A stretch of DNA of 64,000 nucleotides. Origin: Macrostomum hystrix. Lineage: Eukaryota; Animalia; Platyhelminthes. Under the pieces are notes generated by a model. The model saw only the letters and a program-made list of their open reading frames with translations, searched no databases and was not told the DNA's origin. Made by a program: the position numbers and the translations under genes. The stretch spans positions 1,674,001-1,738,000 of the forward strand of contig CATNEN010000031.1 in NCBI GenBank assembly GCA_950097015.1, written 5' to 3'. This document shows positions 12,101 through 26,400 of this stretch, piece by piece. Within the stretch, counting starts at the first letter, position 1, and each line of letters opens with the position of its first letter.

Positions 12101-15100
12101 CCGGCAATGGACACATTGTAGGCGCGCGATCGGAACACCGGCGAGCAGTCGTTGTAGTCGGCGACTCGCACGGTGACAGGCACCCGTGAGGACTGAGGCG
12201 GCACGCCGCGGTCGGTGGCAACAATCCAAAACTGGTGCAATCGTTTGGCTTCAAAGTCCAACTGGCGGCGAAGACGAAGCTGACCGGTGGACGGGTCGAC
12301 AACGAAACTGGCTCCGTCTGTGCCGCCGTCGGACAGCTCCTCGATTGAATAAGTCACCTCGCCGCCGGCGCCGGAGTCTGGATCGCTAGCTGACGCAGTC
12401 AGGAGCACACTGCGATACGGATCCTCGTGCTCGGAGACTGTCACGTCGAATGAAGTGGCTGTGAACTCCGGGCGCTCGTCGTTGACGTCCTGGATTGATT
12501 GGGGGATGCGGCTCGACTTTTATGGGATTTATTCAGTATTTTCAGTGGGAACAGATGGAAGTAGCAATAATGAAAACTAAAAAAGTATAAACTACTCACT
12601 GTAACATTAATAATAAGCGGCATGTCGCTGTAGGTCTTCAAGCTTGGCTCGGTGACTCGCACTACCAGATTATACTGTCGTATTGTCTCGTAGTCTAGTT
12701 TATCTGTCGTCTTGACAACGCCTGTCAAATATTAAGAGAGGATTGGTGGACCATATTTTTTTTTAATGACTTACAGAATTAAGCAATAGAAATCATCATT
12801 AGCTAGTAGTAAGTAAGTAGATTATGTGCACAGCTATTATGTTGTCGTATGATTGAATTGCAGCTAGTGAAAAGCTGTTGCTGATGACCAGTTTAATTAT
12901 GGAAAATAATTTTCGGTTGCAATATTCGCAACTTGACTACTATTAGTAAGTAGCGCGACTATTTTGTAATCGAGCATTCTTTTATGACCTAGATTGCGAT
13001 GAAAAGGATGGGCGTACAATAATACTCCAGGGACCAGGGAAGAGGGCTTCCCCAATACTGCCTAATCTGTTTGTCTAAACTATCTCTATTTTTCTTAGTT
13101 ATTTTCTACTTTGTTGAGTCGAGGGAGCGAGCGAACGAAAACTTCATCTGGAGTTGTGACAGAGCTGGATATGAGGGGAGGTATGGGAGAAAATACACAA
13201 ATCGATAAATAATAATCAAGCTTTAGGAATCCTACTCGACTTTCACCTCGGCTGACCGCGCGAGGGCCAGAAAACTCCTCCGACTTCTTCTATTTAGACA
13301 GGCTGGCTGGACTTCATTTATTTCAAGTTTTGACGAGAGAGAGAGAGAAAAGAGAGAAAAGCATCATCAAGGCTTTCTATTCTTTACTAGCAATTTAATC
13401 TAGCAATATAGCAACGGGGTACATGTACGGATTTACAATGATGCTCATGCGAATAGAATATACTAGTATATAGAAATTTGCATTCAATAATTTCGAGTTC
13501 AGTCCAGTCCGTGGACTGGCGGGACGCTACTAACACCCTAAAGTTATAATTCTAGTTACCCCATTTTGCCGAGATTCGAAATCGAGACCTCCCCGCTAAA
13601 ATGTTTATCTTTAAATAATAGAGTCACGTTATCGACATTATCGTGCTAGACGGATTAAGGAGAAGGCTAGACAGAGATTCAGAGTGAATCAATGAGGCGT
13701 TTTTAGTCAGCAGCGGAACCAGGCGCAATAAGGCTCTAGATAGAGGAACCCACCCTCAAAGCTCCGCGTTGCGCAATAGGCTTCCAATAATTCCTCAAAT
13801 CCACTTCGTCGTCTTCTACCTAACCCAATCTACAGTCCCCCCACACACACAAAGCCTAGTAATAAACATAATGGGGAGCAAAAAGTCCCCACAGACAGAC
13901 TGTAGCCATTATTTTGTAAGGCCCACGTGTAGCTTAAGAAAAAAAGCGGGTTTAGCTAACAGGATAGGGCAAAGGGGGATTTAGCCGCTAACAAGAGCGT
14001 CAGCTGACTGTGCATGCGCGCCAGCCAACCCGACTGTCGCAATGGATCGAGTCATCAGTCTCCTTATGCTTTTCTGTGTGTTTTGCCTACTCCAGCTCGT
14101 CATTTTCGTCTTCTTGTTATTTAGTTTTTTCTTCTGAACTACTTTTTATTCAAGTTGGTGTGTGTGTCTGTATGGAGAGGAATTCTGACTTGGCCTTGTT
14201 AACTAAGGCATCAACGGTCTCGATGCCAAGCCGCTATAAAAGTCACGTACGAGAAAATATTCTAGAAATGCATTTAATTCAAATTTAATTTTAGCTTGCT
14301 TAGCAACAGATGATTAAACAACTTAAGCTGTCTACGGCGGGGACATCAAACTAGTTTTTCTATTATACCAGGGGTAGGCAAACTTATTTGCTGGCGGGCC
14401 AAAGAGAGAACCTAAAAGACGATAGCGGGCCGCATTGACTGTATAAATATGAGATAGGGGAGAGATGAGACACGGGAGAGATAAGACAGGGGAGAGATTA
14501 GACACGGGAGAGATGAGACACAGGAGAGATTAGACACGGGAGAGATGAGACACAGGAGAGATTAGACACGGGAGAGATTAGACACGGGAGAGATAAGACA
14601 CGGGAGAGATAAGACACGAGAGCGATGAGACACGGGAGAGATTAGACACGAGAGAGATGAAACAGGACACTGTAGATGTCAGAAGGGGCAACGGGCCGGA
14701 TTTGGGAGCTTCGAGGGCCGCATCTGGCCCGCGGGCCGGAGTTTGCCGACCCCTGTATTATACAAACATACCCTCCTTGAAATTCAGGTAGGTTTCCAGC
14801 TGACCCTATACTCTTGCCTGGACAAATTTTAACAACACTCCGACAATTAATCCGTCAGATTTGTAGAGCCCTGAGAGGGAGAGAGAGAAATGGTCAACAA
14901 GCCAAATGGGCCTTTTTTCGGCGATAAAATTCCTGATAATGCCCCAGTGAAAGTATTTAGCAATGCCACTAGTAGAATCGAGACAGATTAGGAAAAAGCA
15001 TTAGGGCGGCTTCAAGGGGCGGGTTTCAATCAGCGGGGTACTTGACCTGCTGACCCCTATAAGCAATTTGAAGTTCGTTGTACGTTTTTTACGTTAGATT

Positions 15101-18100
15101 TCATTTGTCAGTCAAAATGAATAAATGTTAATTCTATTCGTTCATAGATTCTTTTGACGAATGACAAGGCTGTCGACATTACTGGTTAAACAATGACTTA
15201 AAAAACTTCAGCATCAGCAGCGATCGCTGTTCAAAGCAGAAATTCCCGACATTTTTTCTCATTTTTTATGATCGCTTGAATGCAAAACTCTTAGGGAGAC
15301 CCGATCGAAGAGGAAATAGGGCAGGAAATTTTCGGCCGCATAATTGGACAAATCTAGGAGAGCCGGGGGCTAACAAACTGAAATTCAATAGAGAACTGAG
15401 AAACCGGGCGGTGGATCTGCGTGAGACCGGGAATATCAGCAAGTTTTCCGCTGGAGTGGGGTGGGTGCGACCTCCCCAGAGGGCACCGAAACACGCTGAC
15501 CGAAGGCCTTGATATCCCTGTCTCCTGTTCATGGGATATTAACGGGGGAGAAGTATGTGTGTGTGTGCGTGTGTCCGGGGCAGGGGCGCGATTGCGTCAC
15601 CATGGGAGATTGGACCCTAGAATTAGTCACTGTTACAGACACATGAGAGTGGGAGGGGGAAGGGGTGACAGTTAATAAAAAAGCACGGGCGGACAGGTAG
15701 AGAAACTAGCTATAGTTCTAGGTTCAAGGAAACAGAAAGTAGGAAAGAATACGACCGCTTGATTTGGGGGTCATTCTTAGAAAAACTTGTTGAGTTTTCA
15801 TTAAAACACTGCTATAAACATTAAGAATAAGTTATTAATTAATCAGCAGCTTGGATTAGATTGCTTTATTATTCTGAGTGAGTTGTGTGGCTTGGTAGAT
15901 ATTTTACATTTTATATTGTCACAAACTGTTACATAACTTTTATGGGGTAAAAAATCGATGTATTTGTGCAGAATATTAATAGGATCGCAGGTTAAACCTG
16001 TCAGATTAGATTTTTATGACTAATTATAATACCCAGGGAAGATTAAGTCGTAGCCAGTAGTGACTGAGCCACGTCTATTCAAAGGTGCCTTCAGAGGCTG
16101 TGTACAGCTATTCAGTCCATGGACATGGGGGCTGATACACTATTCCACAAGTAGCTCATGCTAAGCAATCGAAATTGAATCTATTTGCTTGAGCACACAA
16201 ATAGTTTCGCGTATCGCACATCATTTGGTGGCACTAGACCCGCAGCCAGCGAGAGGCAATTCTGTCCATCTCGCTGACACCTGAGCACACACTCACACAG
16301 GCAGTGTACATCTGCCCTGACTTTCTCATCGTCAGGCAGTGTACACTCTCATTGTGCCTTGAAGGTTGGCCCTCAAAGGCGTAAATTGCATGACAAGCCC
16401 CCCCAGACTTCTTTTCGCAGCTGCGCCCCAAATAAATGTGGCCTAGCCGCGGAATCGAGCTCAGGGACGTTGGTGCAAGAGGCTAACGCGTTACTCCGCT
16501 CTGCCACTCATCCCACGGAGTGATCAATTCGCAAGGTTGTACTTGTGATCCTAAATTATATTTGTAGCACAAAATACACGAAACAAACTGGATTATTTTG
16601 AATGAGAAAGCTTCAGAACAAATCCAGCTATGTTTACAACGACCTGAACTGGGATCCAACAACTAATTATCGAGGATTCGTTACATTTTTCCCGCATGCT
16701 CAAATCAAATTATGATTGTATTACACGGCTCACACACTGAGGTAATCGAACAACCTTTCTTTGCATCTAATTAATCTTGTCTTGATGTTGAAAGTAGTTG
16801 AGAGACATACTTATATTTCGCCTCATTACCGTCCAATCTCAAGGCTAAAGGCAGTTTCTCCTCCCCCGACTGTGAGTCCCAACTCATGTGTCAGCATTTC
16901 TCCATCTTGTCTCAGCATTCTGCAACTAAGATATGCACACACACAGCATGGGCGAAATATGCTGAACAGACTGTCAAATATTTAATAATGCAACGAACCA
17001 GACTCGTGTCTAATCCACTTCTACCTTCCAACCGATATCGACAATTTCCGAGGAAATTGGTCTAGCTGAGTCATTAGAGCTTCGGCCTCTTAACCGAAAA
17101 GGTCTGGGGTTCGAATCTTAGCTTGTGCCACTGACTACACATCTGGCCCAACTAGGCTAGGCTAAATCAGCTGAATATAGAGATATTGACAAGAAGGTGC
17201 AGGGAGCAACGCTACACTGCACATAGCTGCCCGGTGTCACGTTACAATGCGATCGGAATACACTGCTGGGAAGGCTTTAGAGACTGCTCTATGAAGACTG
17301 CTCGGCTTGCTTGTAGACTGACGGGGGAGAGGAGAGATGAATCATATAGACTCCATTCTGATACACGCCTGTCAGTGAGTTCGTATTGAAAGTCAAAGCA
17401 AAAAAATCGTTACTTTAGAAGCCAGCCAACAGATTTTTCCTTGGTAGTTCCAAAACTGGAGCTAAAAGCAAAGCAGTTGGCTTTGAAAAAGTCATTTTAT
17501 AGACACGAATGGTCTAGATGAATTTGATACACAAGTCACGTGCTAAATAGCTTCTAAACTGTAAAAAAATCAACACCCTTCATACGGGACGTTTTACTTA
17601 CTCGGAATTGTATAATACTTGAGTTTCACAAACCCCAAACCTAATAATCCCCATAATTTCCCATCCCTAAAGTTCAAATCCACTAATTTTCATAATCCAT
17701 AAATTTCTCATCCCTAAACTCACCAGTGAAATTTTATTAAATCCCAACATTTCCGATCCCAACATTATCACTAGATTTTAAGATGAAATTTATTTGAGTT
17801 GGAGGAATATGAATTCAGTGTGTGTCATGTTTAAGGATGTGCAATATTTGGTTTATGAGCGATCTCTGAATGAATATACAATTAATATAAAACTACACAA
17901 TGATATGAGGATAATGAGGACTTCATTCAGAGGAGGATATCAGACAGCAGTTTGCATGCAGCATCGATCCAAAAGTAGGTAATACAGAGAGTTTAGCTGA
18001 CCCATTTCAAGCCAAAAAATGCACAAGACAGAAAGAAGCATAGAAGTGGAGTGATCGGAGACTGGGACGTGGAAGGGGAGAGAGAATGCAGTCTCGAGTG

Positions 18101-20366
18101 GGTGCAGCGAAGCGGTATCAAAAAATGGCATCTCGATATAAAAGGCTATAGGAATTCCCTTTCCCGTGGTTCATCCACCCCAAGCAGGCACGCCGGCCTT
18201 CACACGAGCCTATCAGTACTCGTTGAGTCTATGCTCAAAACCGCAGATGCAGCCGGAGTGTCACCAGCGACGACGGGAGTTGAAAAGGGGGATAAAAGAG
18301 GAGTGGGATAGGAAAAGAGGAGTGGGCGCAGCTGGTGACGTAATCACCCTTTGGTCTTTGCGGTTTTTTCGCCTCAAGGATTACGACAGAGAAATAAGAG
18401 AGGAGAGGAGTAGGTTGGGGAGGGTGGCTCAGGAGTTGAAATGAAGTGGGAGGAGCGGAGGGGTGAGAATGAGAAAAGGGGAAAAGGGAGAGTAATAGCT
18501 AAGTAATAAAATCCCATTGGTAAGATTTCTTATATCGGCGATGGGAGGAACATGTAGTGCTTTCGACTTAACAAGGCAGAAAAAGAATTAAAACACTGAA
18601 GAAAGATTGGAAAGGGAAAGGCGGTCCAGGTGAATCCACTTTATGCCTGTCTGTGTGTGTCTCCTTCTTTCTCTTCTGCTTTTACTACGCAAGACTAGAG
18701 CAAACACTACAGTGAGTTTGTCTGTGTGTGCGAACTGCTCCTCAAAGCGCGGGAGCCGACAAGAAAGACAGAAGACAGAAAGTAGAATAGAAATGTCGGA
18801 GGGGAGACATTCTTAATTAATTTGAAGCAGCCACGCCAACGTATTGAAGTGGGGCGAGGAAAGGCGGGACGACCCAGCTGTGGACTGGGAGCAGGGCGAG
18901 GGATGGGTCGGGATTAGGGAGATGAAAATTGAGACATGGATAGAGACGGATATTCAAGGATAAGGAATTATGGATAAGGGATGTTAAAATGCATGGTTTT
19001 TGATAATGGGTTTCAAATACAGGAATCATTGACAAATTTATGGATAATTGTTGAATAAGGCATTATTGATAAGAGATTAGGGATAAGGGGTTATGGATAA
19101 GGGACTATGGATTAGGAATCATGGATAAGGGGTTATGGATAAGGGACTATGGATTAGGAATCATAGATAAGGGGTTATGGATAAGGGACTATGGATTAGG
19201 AATCGTAGATAAGGGGTTATGGATAAGGGACTATGAATTAGGAATCATGGATAAGGGGTTATGGAAAAGGGACTATGGATTAGGAATCGTAGATAAGGGG
19301 TTATGGATAAGGGACTATGGATTAGGAATCATGGATGAGGGATTATATACAGTCTTTATAGACAGACAGAGAAATCAATGAAGGTAAGGCACATAAGAGC
19401 ACAAATCAACAGACGAAACACAGTGTGAGACAAATGTCGGAGGCTCGGAGGCAGCTGAACAAACTCCAATCAAGGCAGGCGTGTGAGAGACATTTGAGCA
19501 AGTGAGCGTCAAATGAACGCGGAGAGCCGTGAAAAACGTGACGGATCGAATTGTCAACACTCTTGCCGACTGACATGCCTGGGTAACAGCAGCAGCAGCA
19601 GCAGCAGCAGCATTGACCCCCACGTCACGAGAATTCAGTCAGCAAAATAGGAAGCAAGGCGCTGATTACGAAATATTCTGCTCCAACGTAGGCTGGGCTC
19701 TAACATTAGGAAAAAAGTGAAACCCGAGACAGCTGTCGCCTTCTCTGGACTCCGTCCTCCTTCACATCCCACAGACGGAATCTCTATCGCGCATATTCAT
19801 AATCTACTAAGCTGGAGAGCCAAGAAAATAGTCGATTGGCGCCAATAAATCAGTATTGGCTGGGCTGGGGTGCTATGCGCATTTTTCTTCCAAGCTCTAT
19901 CAAGGTTTAAGGCCGAATATATATTTCATCCATATTTCTGTTCAAGAATACTGGGCATAACCACATTCTGAAATCCATTCCCTTTATAATTTTCTCTCTG
20001 ATCTGCAACGTGCGTGCCAATTAGTTGCACCTCACTTATTCCTAAGGTTATAATCCCTGCGAGATCATAATATACGATTTTTATTATTATCGACTGCTCA
20101 CTCACTCACCATATAGTCTTAAGATTGATCACTATGATTATCAATATTATATTCTGCCCACAAGGCAATGGCGGCGGAGGCCAAAGGTCAATCAAAAGAA
20201 AATAGTCAGTGAGTTGCCTAACAGATCTGACGAAGAGTCAGGCTAACCTGCACCGCTTCCATAAAGCTATAGAGAGGTCTATAATCAATTACGTGGCCAA
20301 GGAAGCTGAACTGATGCGATTGCCACACGGCGCTATGGAATACCTTATCACTGATTGAGGCCTAAC

Positions 20367-20407
<41 letters not shown>

Positions 20408-23400
20408 TCGGATGGGGGTCAGTGGCAGAGTGGTCTAACGCGTTAGCCTCTTGCACCAAGGTCCCTGAGCTCGATTCCGCGGCTAGGCCACATTTATTTG
20501 GGGCGCAGCTGCGAAAAGAAGTCTGGGGGCGGGGGCTTGTCATGCAATTTACGCCCTTGAGGGCCAACCTCCAAGGCACAGTGAGAGTGTACACTGCCTG
20601 ACGATGAGAAAGTCAGGGCAGATGTACACTGCCTGTGTGAGTGTGTGCTCAGGAGTCAGCGAGATGGACAGAATTGCCTCTCGCTGGCTGCGTGTCTAGT
20701 GCCACCAAATGATGTACCATTGCCCCTCCTGCAATTATTATTATTTATACTGTACATTGCACAGACACACGATGTTAATCAATTTTCACTTAAGTTAGCT
20801 TGTATCCCAGTGGTTTAGAGAGAGATTTAGACTTCTGGTCGAAAGGTTAGAAGTTCGAATCTTTAGAATCGACTGAACACAATTTTACAGTTTATTAAAA
20901 GCGCCGCGGAATAGGTGCGGCTGTGCCACTAACGCTGTAAATCTGGCCCATCTAGTTTAGGTGTCACTTCTATCTATCTATAAAATATGTATTATTTTTA
21001 CAGTCGGAAAAAACTCCATCCGCAATCAGTTATCCTCAAAGTCCCCTCTTCTCGCTCTGTAAGAATGCGCGACTGTTCTTCAGCTGATAAGCGCTTATCG
21101 AAGCCTTCTTTCGCCATAGCATCAGCAACGACAGATCATCCCAGCCAGGATATACGATACTAATAATCCCTCATTCCCCATCACAGATGGTGAGGGAAAC
21201 TATCCTAAGAGAGAAAAAAGAGACAAATTTAACGCCCAGCACAGAATGGAAGTGGATAATGCTGGCCTTATCAACGGCCCTCCCTTGGCAACTAAAATAA
21301 TCCCCAACCTAGATCCTCTCCGCCCTACGAAATCTGGCTTCGCGTGGTGGGGGAGGGAGACGACATATTTATATCCAAAGCCCACTTTTTTGCCGAGAAT
21401 ATCTGCATATCTGCCCTACAGAAATTTTGTACAAAGAAAATGCGCATTTTGGTTGGCGTCCTTTTAACATAGCCAAGATATTAATAGGCTAACATGATGC
21501 AGACAGACAGGCTTATACACAATTCCCTTAATGGGGAAATATTTCGTTAACCAACGAACAGCGCAGAAGCTGGGGGAATATCATACAGGTGGAAATTAAT
21601 CCTACACAAGAACAGGATTTTTCCGTTCCAAACTGCCAGCACTACTTGATGCCCCAGGCCAGCGATATGGTCAGAAGATCATAGAAGCTATATTAGAAGA
21701 AGCCGGCAGTGAATATGATCCCTGCCCCAGCATCCGCCTGTGTGTGAGTTCTTTTTAAAGCAAAACAGCAGATGTGTGCCGCAGCACGATAAGGCATAGA
21801 TCTTCCACACCAAACGGTCAATCTGCATTTAGTAATCAAAAAATGATATTGAAAGCTTTGAATAAACAGAAAGCATTAAATTATAAATTTCGTTACAAAT
21901 ATTATTAAACGATTGTCACACAAAAATATCCGACTCTTGGCAATTGATTCGATAAAAACTCGGCTTCAGAGAAGCAATCACACTATCTAAAAATCGATGC
22001 AGTTATTTCTGTCACGGAATACTTACACGGCCCACGATTGTTGTAGTCTGTTGTCGGTGTTTTTGTTTCAAATAAAATTGCAGTGAAATTGTAACAACTA
22101 TGAAGCAAGGAAAAATACACCCTATAGATAAGAATTCAATTGATTTGGAACCATATATTTAGGCGCTTCTACTTCTAGATCAGGGGTCGGCAAACTCCGG
22201 CCCGCGGGCCAGATGCGGCCCTCCAAGCTCCCAAATCCGGCCCGTTGCCCCTTCCGACACCTACAGTATCCTGTTTCATCTTTCCCCTGTCTCATCTCTT
22301 CCGTGTCTTATCCCTCCCGTGTCTCATCTCTCCGCTGTCTCATCTCTCCCGTGTCTCATCTCTTCCGTGTCTTATCCCTCCCGTGTCTCATCTCTCCGCT
22401 GTCTTATCTCTCCCGTGTCTAATCTCTTCCGTATCTTATCCCTGCCGTGTCTCATCTCTCCGCTGTCTCGTCTCTCCGCTGTCTCATCTCTCCCGTGTCT
22501 CATCTCTTCCGTGTCTTATCCCTCCCGTGTCTCATCTCTGCTGTGTCTCATCTCTCCCATGTCTCATCTCTCCTGTGTCTCATCTCTCCTGTGTCTCATC
22601 TCTCCCGCCGTCTCATCTCTCCGCCTTCTAATCTCTCCCATGTCTCATCTCTCCCGCGTGTCATCTCTCCTGTGTGTCATCTCTCTGCTATCTCATCTCT
22701 TTCGCGTGTCATCTCTCCTCGATCTCATCTCTCCTGTGTGTCATCTCTCCTCGGTCTCATCTCTCCCGTGTCTCATCTCTCCCGTGTCTTATCTCTCCCC
22801 TTTCTCATATTTCTACAGTCAATGCGGCCCGCTATCGTCTTTTAGGTTCTCTTTTTGGCCCACTAGCTAATAAGTTTGCCGACCCCTGTTCTAGATAGAA
22901 TAATTAATGAGTGTTATGATAGTTGCACCGGTTGTCAATTGTTCGGGTTATCCCAGGTAACTCCATGTTAACAATATATTAGGCTAGAATTACTTAGTGT
23001 TGCTAACTTTCTTTCCAATTGACCGACTGCACTGCACAATTTGAGGCTTGGCCATTGTAGCAAACGATTGTTGGATGGAGACTAAATAAAACAATGCATG
23101 TCAGGCAAGAGGAAATATGTGTATAGAGATAGAGGTTTTCAAGGAATTAGTAAAAAACATCCCACCTGAGAGAGTGCCACCTTAGACTGATATGTGCAAC
23201 AAAATAATCATTTCAATTGTATACGAGTATAAATATAAAAAATTGCACTTTAGCAAGGATACTAGGTGTTGTCAATAGAGGTTTATTAAATACTGAGGGT
23301 GGGTTGGCACTGCTTCAAGCACAGCTCATTGTAATAACAAAGTCTAATAAAAAAATCGATGATGATGAATTCAATTGATGAATTCAATTGATTTGGAACC

Positions 23401-26400
23401 ATATATTTAGGCGCTTCTACTTCTAGATCAGGGGTCGGCAAACTCCGGCCCGCGGGCCAGATGCGGCCCTCCAAGCTCCCAAATCCGGCCCGTTGCCCCT
23501 TCCGACACCTACACTATCCTGTTTCATCTTTCCCCTGTCTCATCTCTTCCGTGTCTTATCCCTCCCGTGTCTCATCTCTCCGCTGTCTCATCTCTCCCGT
23601 GTCTCATCTCTTCCGTGTCTTATCCCTCCCGTGTCTCATCTCTCCGCTGTCTTATCTCTCCCGTGTCTAATCTCTTCCGTATCTTATCCCTGCCGTGTCT
23701 CATCTCTCCGCTGTCTCGTCTCTCCGCTGTCTCATCTCTCCCGTGTCTCATCTCTTCCGTGTCTTATCCCTCCCGTGTCTCATCTCTGCTGTGTCTCATC
23801 TCTCCCATGTCTCATCTCTCCTGTGTCTCATCTCTCCTGTGTCTCATCTCTCCCGCCGTCTCATCTCTCCGCCTTCTAATCTCTCCCATGTCTCATCTCT
23901 CCCGCGTGTCATCTCTCCTGTGTGTCATCTCTCTGCTATCTCATCTCTTTCGCGTGTCATCTCTCCTCGATCTCATCTCTCCTGTGTGTCATCTCTCCTC
24001 GGTCTCATCTCTCCCGTGTCTCATCTCTCCCGTGTCTTATCTCTCCCCTTTCTCATATTTCTACAGTCAATGCGGCCCGCTATCGTCTTTTAGGTTCTCT
24101 TTTTGGCCCACTAGCTAATAAGTTTGCCGACCCCTGTTCTAGATAGAATAATTAATGAGTGTTATGATAGTTGCACCGGTTGTCAATTGTTCGGGTTATC
24201 CCAGGTAACTCCATGTTAACAATATATTAGGCTAGAATTACTTAGTGTTGCTAACTTTCTTTCCAATTGACCGACTGCACTGCACAATTTGAGGCTTGGC
24301 CATTGTAGCAAACGATTGTTGGATGGAGACTAAATAAAACAATGCATGTCAGGCAAGAGGAAATATGTGTATAGAGATAGAGGTTTTCAAGGAATTAGTA
24401 AAAAACATCCCACCTGAGAGAGTGCCACCTTAGACTGATATGTGCAACAAAATAATCATTTCAATTGTATACGAGTATAAATATAAAAAATTGCACTTTA
24501 GCAAGGATACTAGGTGTTGTCAATAGAGGTTTATTAAATACTGAGGGTGGGTTGGCACTGCTTCAAGCACAGCTCATTGTAATAACAAAGTCTAATAAAA
24601 AAATCGATGATGATGATGTTGATGAAGTAGCTATAAAAAATTATTACTCTACGCTTCAAACATGGTCAGACCATACTAAAAAAACTTAAGGAACAGGAAA
24701 CCAAAGAAATAACGGTGATTCAATCAGATGTGTTTTATTACAAAATAAAAATAAAAAAATATTTAAAAACGCAAATTTCTTCACCGAATGACCCAGAAAT
24801 TGTGGAGACAAAGCGAGGAAGCTAGTGAGAAAATAACAGAATACTTGGCGATAGGTGGAGAGAAAAGCATTGCCACAACACTAACAACAAGCGATCGATA
24901 ATCCGATAGCGATATGGAGAATACCATGAACAATTCCAAAAAGTCGGATGGGGAATCCGAGAATCTGGTGGGGAATCCCAAGAATCAGATGGGAAATTCC
25001 AAAAAATCGGATGCAGAATCCTAATAATCGGATGGGAAATCCCAAATAATCGGATTGGGAATCCCAAATAATCGGATTGGGAATCCCAAATAATCGGATG
25101 GGAAATCCCAAATAATCGGATTAGGAATCCCAAATAATCGGATGGGAAATCCCAAAACATCGGATTGGGAATCCCAAATAATCAGATGGGGAATCCCAAA
25201 AAATCGGATGGGAAATCCCAAATAATCGGATAGGGAATCCCAAATAATCGGATAGGGAATCCCAATAATCGGATAGGGAATCCTAAATAATCGGATGGGA
25301 ATCCCAATAATCGGATAGGGAATCCCAAGAATCGGATGGGAATCGCAATAATCGGATAGGGAATCCCAAGAATCGGATGGGAATCCCAATAATCGGATAG
25401 GGAATCCCAAGAATCGGACCAGGATATCTGAGAATCAGATAGGAAACTTTGAAAGTCGGATCAGAAGATTGTTAAGTTGGAATTCGAAGGTGCTCAAAGG
25501 TTTTTCTAAAAGTAATAAACCATTTTATTCGTTCTTAGACGGCGTGCAGAGTTCGTAAAGGTTGTTTTCGCGTTTAAATAAAACAGAAAGATAAGAGATC
25601 AAGAAGAATATAGGAAACAAATTCAGAAAGAGGATTTTAGTAAAAAAAGAAACACAAAATTATAAACGTTTTCCTACCAAAATTAGGAGTCGCATTGGCC
25701 GCCGAAGCTGCATAATAATAAATTAATTAATCAATTGATAAAAAATATTTAAAATATGCACCAATGAATGATTGAAACTTGCTAGCGTCATGCGCGCATG
25801 CAGCTTTTATACGGCCACTATTCGTCACGCCGTCGGCTTATTAGTTTCATAAAAATAATAATTAATAAAAGTAGAACTCAAAACAAAACAGGCAACGCAA
25901 CTGTTGTCAAAAGCTGAAAATGCGTTTATTAAGCCTCATTAATTTGCATGCAGTTGGATTAAAATGTATTTTATTGTAAACTGACTAAACTACAGTAGAT
26001 AGCAGACTATAAATCTAAGCTACTCACTAGAACTCAGTGTCTTAAAAATATTTTAACAGTTAGCATTAAAATATTAGGTTAAGATAGAATACGCACACTT
26101 TTCTTGTTGAATAGAGAAATACAAATATTTGATGCGCTAAGTTTCCTGCCTGTGCACGATCTGCATGTCTCGACGCTTGCCTTACTTACTATGTTGATCT
26201 TACTATCTTCAGATTGTTCTACAAACATGCAGCTGACTCTGTTGAACGAATCTTAAATACCTAACTAGAGCTATATTTAAATGTAGCTAATATTCGTAAA
26301 AATTTAACTGAACATAATCTACCACTTTCCAATTGGAAAATAAACCAGAAACAAGTTGTTTGACAACAATCAACAATACAAAATAGGATTAGAAATGTTG

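Larger units (their letters stand above)
22132..24616. repeat. Tandem duplication, period 1248 bp (22132-23368 vs 23380-24616), each copy containing a hAT MITE
   Basis: Same offset at MITE ends and flanks; only one difference noticed (ACAGTATC vs ACACTATC). Confidence 0.95.

Noticed and set aside
9272-12389. Plus-strand ORFs overlapping exons 13-16, and 54947-58206 overlapping exon 1
   Set aside because: Antisense shadows of GC-rich coding exons.
17058-17130. Functional tRNA-Lys gene
   Set aside because: The acceptor stem does not pair, the anticodon loop is 8 nt, and it continues into a SINE tail.
19375-19623. Poly-Ala ORF from (CAG)9, and the similar one at 35680-35940, as nested genes
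   Set aside because: Driven by microsatellites; no splice partners or homology evident.
20588-20635. CTGACGA-TGA-GAAA in SINE B as a hammerhead ribozyme core
   Set aside because: Only 3 nt lie between CUGANGA and GAAA (no stem II) and no stem III/UH can form; the segment is better explained as a simple hairpin.
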